The notes under the pieces: model-generated
The model's database searches: none
The model's input: the letters and a program-made list of their open reading frames with translations, nothing else
Told to the model about the DNA's origin: nothing
Assembly (NCBI RefSeq): GCF_030028105.1
Contig: NC_092396.1
Location: 40,610,068-40,674,067 of the forward strand
Length of the DNA: 64,000 nucleotides
Direction: 5' to 3'
DNA from: Mobula birostris
Taxonomy: Eukaryota
Made by a program: the position numbers and the translations under genes
Shown here: positions 11,781-25,419 of the stretch, in pieces
Layout of the letters: each line of letters opens with the position of its first letter
How positions within the stretch are numbered: the stretch's first letter is position 1

Positions 11781-13887
11781 TGTAATGTTTTACAAATCCA
11801 AATCATAAAACTAATCGAAAGAAAAACATGGAGCCAGGGTACATGTACACTTCTTTTAGTTTTACTTTTAGTGAGGTGTGCTCATATAACATATAGTGTA
11901 ATGATGTATGCCATTCACGTATTTTAACAGATAACCCATAATGAATTATAACCATATAACAATTACAGCACGGAAACAGGCCATCTCCGCCCTTCTAGTC
12001 CATGCCGAACTCTTACTCTCACCTAGTCCCACTGACCTGCACTCAGCCCATAACCCTCCATTCCTTTCCTGTCCATATATCTATCCAATTTAACTTTAAA
12101 CGACAACATTGAACCTGCCTCAACCACTTCTGCTGGAAGCTCATTCCACACAGCTACCACTCTCTGAGTAAAGAAGTTCCCCCTCATGTTACCCCTAAAC
12201 TTCTGTCCTCTAATTCTCAACCCATGTCCTCTTGTTTGAATCTTCCCCACTCTCAATGGAAAAAGTCTAACCACGTCAACTCTATCAATCCCCCTCATAA
12301 TTTTAAATACCTCTATCAAGTCCCCCCTCAACCTTCTACGCTCCAAAGAATAAAGACCTAACTTGTTCAACCTTTCTCTGTAACTTAGGAGATGAAACCC
12401 AGGCAACATTTTAGTAAACCTCCTCAGTACTCTCAATTTTATTGACATCTTTCCTATAATTCGGTGACCAGAACTGTACACAATACTCTAGATTTGGCCT
12501 TACCAACGCCTTATACAAATTCAACATTACATCCTAACTCCTATACTCAATGCTCTGATTAATAAAGGCTAGCAAACCAAAAGCTTTCTTCACCACCCTA
12601 TCCACAAGAGATTCCATCTTCAGGGAACTATGCACCATTATTCCTAGATCCCTCTGTTCTAAAGCATTCTTTAATGCCCTACCATTTACCACGTATGTCC
12701 TATTTTGATTAGTTCTACCAAAATGTAGCACCTCACATTTTTCAACATTAAACTCCATCTGCCATCTTTCAGCCCACTCTTCTAACTGTCCTAAATCTCT
12801 CTGCAAGTCTTGAAAACCTACCTCATCATCCACAACATCACCTATCTTAGTATCATCTGCGTACTTACTAATCCAATTTACCACCCCAGATTATTAATAT
12901 ATATTACAAACAACATTGGACCCAGTACAGATCCCTGAGGCACACCGCTACACATCGTCCTCCAACCTGACACACAGTTATCCACCACTTCTCTTTGGTG
13001 TCTCCCATCTAGCGACTGCTGAATCCATTTTACTACTTCGATATTAATGCCTAACGATTGAACCTTCCTAACTAACCTTCCGTGTGGAACCTTGTCAAAG
13101 GCCTTACTGAAGCCCATATAGACAACATCCACCGTTTTACCCTTGTCAACTTTCTTAGTAACCTCATCAAAAAATTCAATAAGATTTGTCAAACATGACC
13201 TTCCACACACACATCCATGTTGACTGTTCCTAATCAGACCCTGTCTATCCAGAAAATTATTATATACCATCTCTAAGAATACTTTCCATCAATTTACCCA
13301 TCACTGACGTCAAACTCACAGGCCGATAATTGCCAGGTTTACTCTAGAACCCTTTTTAAACAATGGAACCACATGAGCAATATGCCAATCCTCTGGCACC
13401 ATGCCCGTTTCTAATGACATTTGGAATATTTCTGTCAGAGCCCCTGCTATTTCTACACTAACTTCCCTCAAAGTCCTAGGGAATATCTTGTCCTGACCCG
13501 GGGACTTATCCACTTTTATATTCTTTAAAAGTGCCAGTACTTCCTCTTCTTTAATTGTCATACTTTCCATAACCACCCTACTTGTTTCATTTACCTTACA
13601 CAATTCAATATCCTTCTCCTTAGTGAATACCGAAGAAAATAAATTTTTCAAAATCTCCCCCATCTCTTTTGGCTCTGCACATAGCCGTCCACTGTGATTC
13701 TCCAAGGGACCAATTTTATCCCTCATAATCCTTTTGCCACTAACATAACTGTAGAAACCCTTAGGATTTATTTTCACCTTACTTGCCAAAGCAGCCTCGT
13801 ATCTTCTTTTAGCTTTTCTAATTTGTAAACAGACAATGCTTAGTCAAACAATATATTTACAATATTACTGAAATATTAAATACACAA
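11781..13887 (-). mobile_element. Probable short solo LTR (11781-11949 plus 13825-13887) split by a CR1
   Basis: The two flanks of the CR1 join into ~230 bp with TGT...ACA-like termini. No clear TSD. Confidence 0.35.
11950..13824 (-). mobile_element. 5'-truncated CR1 LINE (second subfamily)
   Basis: RT fragments GVPQGSVLGP, KYADDTKIG, LERRRLRGDLIEVFKI and a distinct ATATGGTT tail. Confidence 0.93.
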
Positions 13888-14026
13888 GTTTCCAAGGTAT
13901 CATAAATAACACTTACTATAATTTTGTCTCTTTTCCATTAACCTCTCAGGTATTTAATATTGGATTACTTTCCTTCTAACTGATTTTGTTTTCTATCTTC
14001 TCGTCTCCCTTCACCCATTATTACAG

Positions 14027-14057
14027 AGGTTTCAGACACAGTTGGCCAACAAGATAG
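14027..14057 (+). CDS. EXOSC10: EXOSC10 last coding exon
   Basis: Pyrimidine tract then ttacag|A GGT TTC AGA CAC AGT TGG CCA ACA AGA TAG = RGFRHSWPTR*, similar to the human terminus RGFRYNWPQR*. Phase fits the previous exon. Confidence 0.92.
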
Positions 14058-14189
14058 AAAACTGGGTTTGGCAGTGAACTGAACAGAGGCACCTTTTCCA
14101 CCAAGGTTGTGACCGTTTCCCATCATTATTATGTATTTGAGTGTTTTCAGTTTCTGGGATACCATTGCACTATGTGAAGAGCATTTTAC

Positions 14190-14336
14190 AATAAATCTTT
14201 TGCAAAATTGTTAATTCTGCATTTTGGTAATTATTAAATATTACAATCAAATATTCACAGTTGTGAATAACTAGGATTGTACAAAATGATTATTGTTTTA
14301 GCAAAGACAAACTTTCCTTGTATCTGAGGGAATAAA
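14190..14336 (+). terminator. EXOSC10: EXOSC10 candidate polyadenylation signals
   Basis: AATAAA at 14190-14195 and 14331-14336 after the stop. The second is followed by a GT/T-rich tract. Confidence 0.55.
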
Positions 14337-14920
14337 AATTCCTGACACATCTCAAGTGACTGCTTGTTTGTGAATTGTTTCATTATTCATATTTTTTTTA
14401 GAACAGTTGCATTACTGGCAAGACCATCCTTTATTGCCCATTCCTTTTAATTCTTTTGAAAAAAAAAACCAATGAACCACCAGCATTGTAACACTGGTAA
14501 AATCATGTTAAATATAAGAAACTTGCGTCTATTAATTCAAAATGGGTCATATTTAGTTCCCACCTTGATTGCCCTGCTGCCACATTTCTGCAAAGGCAAT
14601 TAGATTATCTCCCTAGTTGTGCGTACAGCACGCATTTAGGTGCAGGCACACCATGACATACAAATGGGTTATGTTCCTGAAACTTACTGATCAGCCAATT
14701 TGATTGCAAGTCAGAACATGTTCTTAATGTCAATATGTTCTGCCACTGACCAGCCCCCTTGTCTGTGGTGTTGCTGGTGCACAGTTCTCTCATAGGTCAG
14801 GGTCACAGACCCTGCTGCTCAGGATTAGAGAGACAAGTCACACAGCATAGGAGTAAGTCCTTTGGCACTGACCATTTTCTGTCAATCCAACCACTTATAC
14901 TAATCCCAAATTAATATATA

Positions 14921-15792
14921 TTCAGAATCAGAATCCTTTATTATCGCCAGGTATGTGGACACATACAGGGAATTTGATGCCGGTTTCCCTGAGCCCTCGC
15001 TGTACAGAATCAAAAAGCAAAACAACAGTGCAAACAATCGTGAACTATATACAGTGAGGTATACCTGTGTATGTACAGGTGGACTTGGTTTAAAATAGAC
15101 TAAAATTCAAGTGTTCATAAGACTGATGGCATACGGAAAGAAACTGTTCTTATACCTATTTGCCCTGGCATACAGTGATCTGAAGCGCCTACCAGAAGGA
15201 AGGAGTTGGAACAAGTGATGTCCAGGGTATGATGGGTCTAGAACGATGCTGCTTGCTGGCTTCCTGACTCTAGATGCATTTTAAGTCCTGGATCGAGGGC
15301 AGCTTCACACCAATAATCCTTTCTGCAGCCCTGACGGTTCTTTGGAGTCTGTTCTTGTCTTGTTTGGTGGCTGATCCAAACCAGACAGTGATGGACGAAC
15401 AGAGAACAGACTGGATTATTCCTGAATAGAATTGAATCAGCAGCTCCTGAGGCAGGTTGTACTTCCTGAGTTGATGTAGGAAATACAACCTCTGCTGAGC
15501 CTTTTTGATAAGAGTGTCCGCGTTGGGTGTCCACTTCAGATCCTGGGAGATTGTGACACCCAGAAACCTGAAGGTCTCCACAGCAGTATTGGGGGGCTCC
15601 TCCTGCAGTCCACTGTCATCTCCACAGTCTTGTGTGTATTTAGCTCCAGATTGTTCTGACCACACCAGAGGGCCAGCTGTTCCACCACCCGTCTGTATGC
15701 AGACTCATCACCGTCTCGGATAAGACCAATGACAGTTGTGTCGTCTGCAAACTTCGGGAGTTTCTAACAGATGGATCCTGTGAGGTGCAGGG
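14921..15792 (-). mobile_element. Rex1/Babar-type LINE 3' fragment
   Basis: FRFLGVTISQDLKW...KKAQQRLYFL RT C-terminus and an (ATTCTG)n tail. Confidence 0.85.
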
Positions 15793-15819
15793 ACTTAATA
15801 TATTAATATATTTTATTAA

Positions 15820-16000
15820 GTCCCCCAGATTCTATCACTCACCCTCACACCAAGAGAAATTTACTGCGCCCAGTTAATGTACCAACCAGTATGTCTCTGC
15901 AACGTTGGAGGAAACCTGAATAACCAGAGGAAATCCATATTAACAGAGAGAATGTGCGTATTCTGGGCAGGCAGCAGGGTCGGAACCAACTAGGATTTCA
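15820..16000 (-). mobile_element. Degenerate V-SINE (HE1-like); related pieces at ~330-498, 25648-25730 plus 26215-26390 (+), 34965-35123
   Basis: ggaggaaacc...gaggaaatcc...gagaatgtgc pattern typical of the reverse-complemented V domain. Confidence 0.55.
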
Positions 16001-16090
16001 ATCATCTTGTAATAACCAGTTTGTTCACATTTTTTTACTGTGAGTTTTTAATTAAGTGTTGGTGAATACCCACACTAGCTAACTACTGAA

Positions 16091-17159
16091 GCATAACCTT
16101 GCTTTGTGGATCCAGAAGGCAAAGAGTGGTTATAGATGGGTCATATTCTGCATGGAGGTCGGGACCAGTGGTGGGCCTTGGGGGTCCGTTCTGGGACCCC
16201 TTCTCTTTGTGATTTTTATAAATGACCTGGATGAGGAAGTGGAGGGATGGGTTAGTAAATTTGCTGATGACACAAAGGTTGGGGGTGTTGTGGATAGTGT
16301 GGAGGGCTCTCAGAGGTTACAGCAGAACATCAATAGGATACAAAACTGGGCTGAGAAGTGACAGATAAAGTTAAACCCAAATAAGTGTGAGGTGGTTCAT
16401 TTTGGTAGGTCAAAAATAATGGCAGAATATAGCATTAATGGTAAGACTCTTGGTAATGTGGAGGATCAGAGGGATCTTGGGGTCCGAGTCCATAGGACAC
16501 TCAAAGCTGCTTCACAGGTTGACTCTGTGGTTAAGAAAGCAAATGGTGCATTGGCCTTCAGCTGTGGGATTGAGTTCAAGAGCCGACAGGTAATGTTACA
16601 GCTATGTAGGACCCTGGTCAGACCCCACTTGGAGTACTGCTCAGTTCTGGTCACCTCACTACTGGAAGGATGTGGAAACTATAGAAAGGGTGCAGAGGAG
16701 ATTTACAAGGATGTTGCCTGGATTGGGGAGCATGCCTTATGAGAATAGGTTGAGTGAACTCGGCCTTTTCTCCTTGGAGCGGCGGAGGATGAGAGGTGAC
16801 CTGACAGAGGTGTATAAGATGATGAGAGGCATTGATAGTGTGGATGGTTGAGGCTTTTCCCCAGGGCTGAAGTGGTTAACACGAGAAGGCACAGTTTTAA
16901 AGTGCTTGGAAGTAGGTACAGAGGAGATGTCGGGTAAGTTTTTTACGCAGAGAGTGGTGAGTGCGTGGAATGGGCTGCTGGCGACAGTGTGGAGGCGGAT
17001 GCGATAGGGTCTTTTAAGAGACTCCTGGATAGGTACATGGAGCTTAGAAAAACAGAGGGCTATGGGTAACCCTAGGTAATTTCTAAAGTAAATACATGTT
17101 AGGCACAACATTGTGAGCCGAAGGGCCTGTAGTGTGCTGTATGTTTTCTATGTTTCTAT
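16091..17159 (+). mobile_element. CR1 3' fragment, same subfamily as 6661-10750 in the opposite orientation
   Basis: [24 protein letters not shown] and a TATGTTTC tail. Closely matches the reverse complement of 6661-7750. Confidence 0.93.
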
Positions 17160-17654
17160 AAAGAGAGATATTGATTCAGCCTTTTGTATATGAGGTATTC
17201 ATATGTTGAAAAGCACCTGTGGTGCTTATCTTGCTTGCCTTTGTTATTGCTGAATATTAATTTTGCCAATTAGATATATTTCTAAATTTCCACCCAGCTT
17301 TGTTTCTTTCCCATTTCACTCTCTTCTTGGGTACCCATCTCACTGCAGATCCAGTTTCAGTCCTCCGGGAGGGTTCCTTGCCTACCTTCAACAGCACTGG
17401 AATCAGTGGTCCCTCACATTTCCCTCACATTTAAACTTAAATGCAAAATTTGGTATCCCTGTTTTGCCAGTTGAGCTGGTCATACTCAAGGAGTATGAAG
17501 GAGGAGAATGGCATGAAGTATGTAAGGAATAATTTCAAGAATGTGACCGTGACAAGCTATTGCTTGACAAATGAGTAGGACAGTTCTGTTCATTTCAACA
17601 TACCAGCATTTTTTGGAAAGGACATTGCAACATTGACTGGACTAGTAAAATTTA

Positions 17655-18590
17655 TTATCAGCGTACATAATGTCACCACACAAACTCAGGACTCTCCTTC
17701 TGTGGGCATACTTAGCAAATCTGTAGAACAGTAACTTAACTGTAAATAAACTGCAAATGGAGATATAAATGGCAAGCATGATATGACAATATGAATATGA
17801 AATAATATAAAAGTCCTTAAGTGAGTGTAGCTATCCATTTTTGTTCAGAAGCCTGATGATTGAGGGGCAGTAACTGTTCAGAACCTGGTGGTGAGTCCTG
17901 CAGCCCTTGTACCTTCTACCTGATGACAGCAGCGAGAAAAGAGCGTGGCCTCGGTGATGAGGATCTTTGTTGATGGTTGTTGCTTTTCTACAGCAACATT
18001 TCATGTAGTAGTACTCAATTGTTGGGAGGGTTTTAACCGTGATGTACCGGGCTGAATCCGGTACCTTTTGTAGGATTTTCCGCTGAAAGGCAGTGGTGTT
18101 TCTGTACCAGGCCGTATGGCAGCCAGTCCACCACACTTCTATACAAGTTTTCCAAGATTTTCCATGATATGCCATACTTCCGCAGACTCATGAAGCACTG
18201 GCGTGCTTTCTTTGCAATATTTATATGATGGGTCCAAGACAGATCCTCTGAGATAGTGACATCCAGGAACTTAAAGTTACTGACCCTCTCCACCATCGAT
18301 TCTCCAATGATTACTAACTCATGGACCTCTGGTTTTCCTCTCCTGAAGTCTACAATCAGTTCTTTGATCTTACTGACAGTGAGTGAGAGGTTGTTGTTAT
18401 TACACCACTCAGCCAAGTTTACAATCTCCCTCCTGTATCCTGATGCATAACCACCTTTTGATACAGCCCACAACAGTAGTGTCATCAGCAAGCTTGTATA
18501 TGGTGTTGAAGCTGTACTTAGCCACACAGTCATAGGTGGAAAGCAAGGGGTGAAGTACACATCCCTGCGGTGTTCCTGTGCTGATGGATT
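17655..18590 (-). mobile_element. Rex1/Babar-type LINE fragment
   Basis: WCNNNNLSL...KIKELIVDFRR, FKFLDVTISEDLSW, DPHHRGHALFSLL. Confidence 0.85.
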
Positions 18591-18705
18591 TGAACTTGTG
18601 TCACCAGACTGTTTATCCAAGCTTGGGTACTTATCTGGTATTATAACCATTGCACCAGCACTGTTATATATGAGCTATACATGAATTACTGCAAATCACC
18701 AATAG

Positions 18706-19428
18706 AGTTCCGGTAAGATGGTGGCATGTTTGGACACAACGGCCTCTCGGGGGCCAACCAAAGGTGTTTTTGTTTTTTTTAAGCATCTTAAAGCAATGCT
18801 GGTCATTGAGAACTTAGAGTAGGTCACATCTACCCCATCAGTGAGTTGCTCGTTGGTGGAGGAACTGGACTTGGTGTGAACCCCACTACACATCGTGATG
18901 TGCAGTCTTAACAGCGAGTGACTGACTGGGATATTTCTCTTGCAATTGCAAGATCCTGTTGAACATTGGTGATGTAAAATGCTCAAAGTCAGTTTTCCTT
19001 GTTTGTTGGTGAGACAGATGGCAGGGGATGTGCGTGGCTTTGATTGTAGTGAGGACCAAACCTCAAACAACAGGCTTGCCTGTTTCAGCAGTACAAGAGG
19101 GAGACACCAGAGGTGTATAGCGCAGTGTCAATGCTGGGATGGGGGCTGGTCCTGCCATCTAGTGTTCACTCGGTGGAAGACAAGCTATTTTGTGTGCATG
19201 TGTACGTTTGCGGACTGTTAAGAACTTGCCGGTAACACCCATACACCATTAATTTATAGGACATATCACTGGAGGACTTGGACTGTATTTTTTTTGTGTG
19301 ACTGTTTATTTGCTATCTTATGTATGATGTGTATAAATGTTGGTACTGTGCCTTGTATCTTGTCCGTGGAGGAATACTGTTTCATTTGACTGTATTCATG
19401 TTTGAATGATAATCAAACTTGAGCTTAA
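18706..19428 (+). mobile_element. Non-autonomous Rex1/Babar-type derivative
   Basis: 5' gttccggtaagatggtggc and 3' tail gaatgataatcaaacttgag, the same tail type as at 41300-41460. Confidence 0.5.
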
Positions 19429-19849
19429 AAAGAAGTTTGTAGAATTGCTTATAGCAGAGGTGGAAATACATAGAGACATTTGGGTTTTCACACTGAGGAT
19501 GACCTTTCATTACGATGTTAACTCAGGACACTGAAATTCTAACCACTAATTCTACTGAGGGCCACTTACTGAGTTGAGAGGGTTTATAAGCTCTTTGCAG
19601 GTTTCATCTGAGAAACAGAATCATAAACAGATGAAAGTTCTTCATTCTTGCTTCTGCATTCAATCCAATTATGAATATTGATCACTTTGTTTTCTTGAAT
19701 ATTTTCTTCAGTAACATCACTAAATGTAATGTTGCTAGGTTTTTAATAATTTGGGCAAAGAATTCGCATCACATTTTGGGTCCTGTATTTTTATCTCTCC
19801 TGGCATAAAGTGTTAGTCTCCATTTAGATTTATGTCAACCGTTATCATA

Positions 19850-20907
19850 CAGCTTTTAGGAGAATAATCAGTCATGCAAGATGAAGATCTCCCCTCTACG
19901 CAATCTAATGCTCAGGCAGATGTAGTGAATCAGTCCATTTTTCATTCCACTGTCTTTGAGATTGTTAGATTATTGCTGAATTAGAATTTTATGAGTCACA
20001 GAATTTTGGCTTGGTTCTATCTTGATCACACAGTGTGAGGCTACTGTTCTAACACAGTAATGCTTTATGCTTTTCACAATTGGCCTTTACAACAACTGAA
20101 TTGCATCTTGAACAAACAGCTAACTTTTCATCACCAGTGTGAGAAATTATAACAACTGTCTTATGTGATTTCTTATACAATGATAATGGTGCATCAGAAT
20201 GCTGATATGACGAGGTATTTTTGGCATTAATATTTTCCAGTTTTATTTTAGAAATGGGAGAAGTTGTTTACAGTATTTGGCACTTTGAACCTGCTGCACC
20301 ACTCATTAAGGGTGATAGTTAATCCTTTGTCTCATCTGGTCCCCATACACATAGCAACATTTTATTAGCAGCTGAGTGACTTTGCTCTTTGATTTGTAAT
20401 ATACACAGGTGAGTGATAGCCACTATTATCAGTTTGAATTATTCCTTAAAATGACCATAATTGGTATTTGATGGCCACAAAATGTGTACCACATTGTTTA
20501 AAGAAAGCAAAGATTATTTGTCAGAAGTTGTATGGAAGGGAATAGAGCTTTTAGCAGAATGATCAGTTATGCAGAATGAATCTGATGCCCAGGCATATTT
20601 GCAGTAAATCAGTCCATTTTTCACACTGCTGTCCTTGAGATGGTTAGATTATTGCTGAATTATGATTATTTTATGTCACAGTATTAGGCTTGGTTCATTC
20701 TTGATGCAGTGTGAGGCTACTTTTTAAACACAGTGCTCTATGCATTTCCAGAATTGGCCTTTACAACTACTAAACTACATCTCTTGAATAACAGCTATTT
20801 CTTTCTTAGCCAGCAGGAGAAATTAAGATAGTACATGTTGTGTTTCGTTGCACAATGATCAATGGGACATCAGAAAATTGAAATGATATGGTTTTATTGG
20901 CATCAAT
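19850..20907. repeat. Two diverged ~370-bp direct copies (19850-20230 and 20545-20907)
   Basis: Collinear shared blocks: aatcagtccatttttca, gttagattattgctgaatta, cagtgtgaggctact, aattggcctttacaac. Confidence 0.85.
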
Positions 20908-21429
20908 CAGTAGAGGAAGGCCTGTGTTAATATTAGTCAACAGTGAAAAGGATGAATGAAACGTCAATGGCTTGAAACATTAGCTGCCTTTCTGTCTACT
21001 GATGTTACCCGCCTTGCTACTTATTTTCAGTTTTCTTTAAAAGGTAGTATTATTGCCACCCAGGAGCTAATGCCACAATATTTCCCATATAATCGATAAA
21101 AGTACATATCAGACATTGCAATAGAATCTATTTTTTTTTAGTATAGCATCATATTCAAAGAATAAACATTTAGATTTGCAAATAAGATCAAGTGTAAGGT
21201 GGCAATAGATTATGAAAGAAACCTGAACAGCTGAATGGGTGCATTTATACTGTGGTTCTGTATCATGAAACAGATTCTGAGAGTTTCAAGGAACAACCTA
21301 AGGCGGCAAAAGACAAAATACGAGCATCTCAAGATTGTCTAATCATGGTGAAGGCCAGTAGTATATTTTTCTGGTAGCCAGCACTGGCAACAAATTCTCA
21401 GATCTTATAAGACCATAAGGCATAGGAGC

Positions 21430-22793
21430 TCGTTGACTTCATTAACTTTGCCTCCAACTTTCACCGTGCCCTCAAGTTTACCTGGTCCATTTCTGACACC
21501 TCCCTCCCCTTTCTAGATCTTACTGTCTCTATGGCTGGAGACAGCTTATCTACTGATGTCTACTATAAGCCTACTGACTCTCACAGCTATATGGACTATT
21601 CCTCTTCTCACCCGGTCTCTTGCAAAAATGCCATCCCCTTCTTGCAATTCCTCTGTCTCCACCGCATCTGCTCTCAGGATGAGGGTTTTCATTCCAGGAC
21701 GAGAGAGATGTCCTTTTTTAAAGAAAGGGGCTTCCCTTCCTCCACCATCAACTCTGCTCTCAAATGCATCTCCTCCATTTCATGCACATCTGCTCTCACT
21801 CCATACTCCCGCCACCCCACGAGGAATAGGGTTCCCCTTGTCCTCACCTACCACCCCACCAGCCTCCGGGTCCAACATATTCTCCGTAACTTCCGCCACC
21901 TCCAACGGGATCCCACCACTAAGCACGTCTTTCCCTCCCCCCAACTTTGCTTTCTGCAGGGATTGCTCCCTACGCGACTCCCTTGTCCATTCGTCCCCCC
22001 CATCCCTCCCCACCGATCTCTCTACTGGCACTTATCCTTGTAAGTGGAACAAGTGCTACGCATGCCCTTACACTTCCTTTCTCACCACCATTCAGGGCTC
22101 CAGACAGTCCTTCCAGGTGAGGCAACACTTCACCTGTGAGTTGGCTGGGCTGATATACTGCGTCCGGTGCTCCCGATGTGGCCCGACGCAGACTGGGAGA
22201 TCGTTTTGCTGAACATCTACGCTGTGTCCGCCAGAGAAAGCAGGATCTCCCAGTGGCCACACATTTTAATTCCACGTCCCATTCCCATTCTGATATGTCT
22301 ATCCACGGCCTCCTCTACTGTAAAGATGAAGCCACACTCAGGTTGGACGAATACCCTATATTCCATCTGGGTAGCCTCCAACCTGATGGCATGAACATTG
22401 ACTTCTCAAACTTCTGCTAATGTCCCACCTCCCCCCTTGTACCCCATCCATTATTTATTTATATACACACATTCTTTTTCTCTCTCCTTTTTCTCCCTCA
22501 ATCCCTCTCACTATATCCCTTGCCCATTCTCTGGGTTTTCTCCCTAGGCCTCCTGTCCTATGACCCTCTCATATCCCTTTTGCCAATCAACTGTCCAGCT
22601 CTTGGCTCCATCCCTCCCCCTCCTGTCTTCTCCTATCATTTCAGATCTCCCCCTCCCCCTCCCACTTTCAAATTTCTTACTAGCTCTTCTTTCAGTTAGT
22701 CCTGACAAAGGGTCTCGGCCCGAAACGTCGACTGTACCTCTTCCTAGAGATGCTGCCTGGCCTGCTGCGTTCACCAGCAACTTTGATGTGTGT
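21430..22793 (+). mobile_element. Penelope-like retroelement, 5'-truncated, with 11-bp TSD
   Basis: TDVYYKPTDSHSY RT thumb and GIY-YIG-type LIYCVRCSRCG...RRRLGDRFAEH...PVATHFN. TSD GGCATAGGAGC at 21419-21429 and 22794-22804. Inserted into a CR1 tail. Confidence 0.93.
22697..22734 (+). ncRNA. Minimal type I hammerhead-ribozyme motif in the Penelope terminal repeat (one core mutation)
   Basis: agtc-CTGACAA-agggtctcggccc-GAAA-cg-TC-gact. Stem I agtc/gact, stem II ggg/ccc. Core CUGANGA has G8 changed to A. Confidence 0.65.
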
Positions 22794-23928
22794 GGCATAG
22801 GAGCAGAATTAGGCCATTCAGTCCATTGAGTCTGCTCCGCCATTTCATCATGGCTGATCGCAGATCCCTCTCAACTCCACACACCTGCCTTCTCACCATA
22901 TCCTTTGATGACCTGACCATTCAGGACATGAGCAACTTCCACCTTAAGTACACCCACGGACTTGGCCTCCACCGTAGTCTGTGGCAGAGTATTCCATAGA
23001 CTCACTACTCTCTGGCTCAAAAAATTCCTCCTTACCTCTGTACTAAAAGGTTTCCTCTCCATTTTGAGGCTGTGCCCTCTAGTTCTGAATACCCCCACCA
23101 TACGAAACATCCTCCCCACATTCACTCCATCCAGTCCTTTCAACATGAGATCCCCCCAACATTCTTCTAAATTCCAGTGAGTTCAGGCCCAAATCTGAAA
23201 CACTCCTCATATGTTAACCCCTTCATTCCTGGAATCATACTCATGAACGTACTCTGGACTCTCCAATAATAACACACCCTTTCTGACATACAGGGCCCAA
23301 AACTGTTGATAACACTCCCTGTGATCTGACCAGTGTCTTATAAAGCCTCAGTACTATCTCCTTGGTTTTATACTCTATTCCCCTTGAAATAAATGTCAAC
23401 ATTGCATTTAATTCTTTACCACAGACTCAACCTGTAAATTAACCATCTGTGAGTCTTGCATAAGGACTCCTAAGTCCCGCTAGGATGTTTGAACCATCTC
23501 CACATTTAGATAATAGTCCGCACTATTGTTCCTTTTACCAAAATGCATTATCATACATTTCCCAACACTGTATTCCATCTGCCACCTTTTTGCCCATTCT
23601 TCCAATTTGTTTAAGTCCTGCTACAATCACATTATTTCCTCAGCACTACCTACCCTCTACCCATTTTCATATCATCTGCACACTTTGCCAACAAGCTATC
23701 AATTCCATTATTTAAATCATTGACAAACAATGTGAAAAGTGCGGTCCCAATACTGACCCCTGAGGAACACCACTAGTCACTGGCAGCCAACCAGAAATGG
23801 CCTTTATTCCCACTCGCTGCCTCCTGCCTGTCAGCTATTCCTCTGTCTATGCCAGTATCTTTCCTGTAACGCCAGAGGATTTGAAAGTGTTAAGCAGCAC
23901 CTTATGAAATGCTTTCTGAAAATCCAAA
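22794..23928 (-). mobile_element. CR1 3' fragment (tail begins at ~21405)
   Basis: RTRGHSLKM...RRNFLSQRVVSLWN and a GVPQGSVLGP-coding block at ~23740-23780. Confidence 0.85.
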
Positions 23929-24269
23929 GAGGTGGGTTAGCTTTTCCAACAATTGATCATAATTCCACCCTGAAACTACAAATTATACAAAATCAAAACA
24001 ATTCAACTATCTCACCCACTCTCATGATAGTAGGAAGTTCTGACTGGATAAGCCCCAACTCCTTGCCTGCAACTTTCCAGTCTGGATCAATAAAATAATC
24101 CAAAGCCAATGGAGGGAATAAAAATATTCAGGCTAAGTTCCTTTCTAACATTTCATACTGGCAATGTACATAATATCTGTTGTGAGAATATCAATATTCT
24201 GATTAGTTTCAAATCCTTGTAGGGCTTGCCACTTCTAACCTCTCTCATTGACTATGGAGGTCCAGTCCC

Positions 24270-25110
24270 TATACATCTCTCTTCCCCTCCCCCACCCCAA
24301 TCAGGAAGGCCTTAAGGCTCTCTGCTTCATTCTGGACAAGAGACCAAACCACCACCATCCCCCTCCATCTGGCAGAACTAGTTCTCACTGTCAACAATTT
24401 TTCTCCAAACCCAAGGTGTAGCCGTGGGCCCCAGCTATGCCCACCTTTTCATTGGCTATGTGGAATAGTCCATGTTCCAAGCCTACACTGGCAACATACT
24501 CCAAATCTTTCTACACCACTTCCTGCACCCATGCTGAACTCATCAGTTTCATCAATTTTGCCTCCAACTTCCACCCTGCCCTTATCTTTCTTGGTCTCCT
24601 CTCTGTCTCCTCTCTGTCGCTTAGTCTCCACTTCTGAAGATTGTCTAACACTGACATATTTTACAAACCTAATGACTCTCACAGTTATCTTGACTATAAT
24701 GCTTTCCACCCTTGTCATTGTAAAAATGCTATTTCACTTTCTCAGTTTTTCTGTCTCTGCCGCACCCACTCTCAGGATCAGACTCTCCATTCTAGAACAT
24801 CTGAGATGGCCTCTTTCAAAGTATTATTGTTTGAGACCACCATCAATGCTGCCCTCACATACATTTCTTCCATTTCCCACACACTTGTCCACACCTCATC
24901 CTTCTGCTGCCATAACAGGGATAAGGTTCCCCTTGTCCTTGCCGCCTCACGAATCTCCATATCCAGCACACTATTCTCTGTAACTTCCACCATCTACAAT
25001 GGGATCTACCACCAGGCACACCTCCCCACATCAGCTTTCCACAGCTATTGCTCTCTTTTGCCAATGATTCCTCCTGATCTACCTCCTGTCACTTATGCCT
25101 GTTGGTGGAT
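24270..25110 (+). mobile_element. Old Penelope fragment
   Basis: GVAVGP and TDIFYKPNDSHSYLDY...HPCHCKNAI, with many deletions. Confidence 0.8.
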
Positions 25111-25419
25111 AACGTATAAGTGGATAATATGTTAAATTTGTTGTTGGTGTTGGAAGCCTCTCACTTCAACCTTTCTTCAATACTCAGACATCAAAGATTA
25201 GTGTAAGGATTCTTCCCCTTAAATCCTTCCAAATTTGAATAGGTTTCCATTTCCTGATGACAGAAATGTGTTAGGGTAGAGCACCACACTATTTTGGTCA
25301 TGTCTATACTGCAACATGATACATGAACGCAACAAGAAGCACACAACATGCAAGCTAAATTTCCATATTCAGCACTAGACATTGGATTAACAAGTATATT
25401 TACTAACCCATAATGTCCC

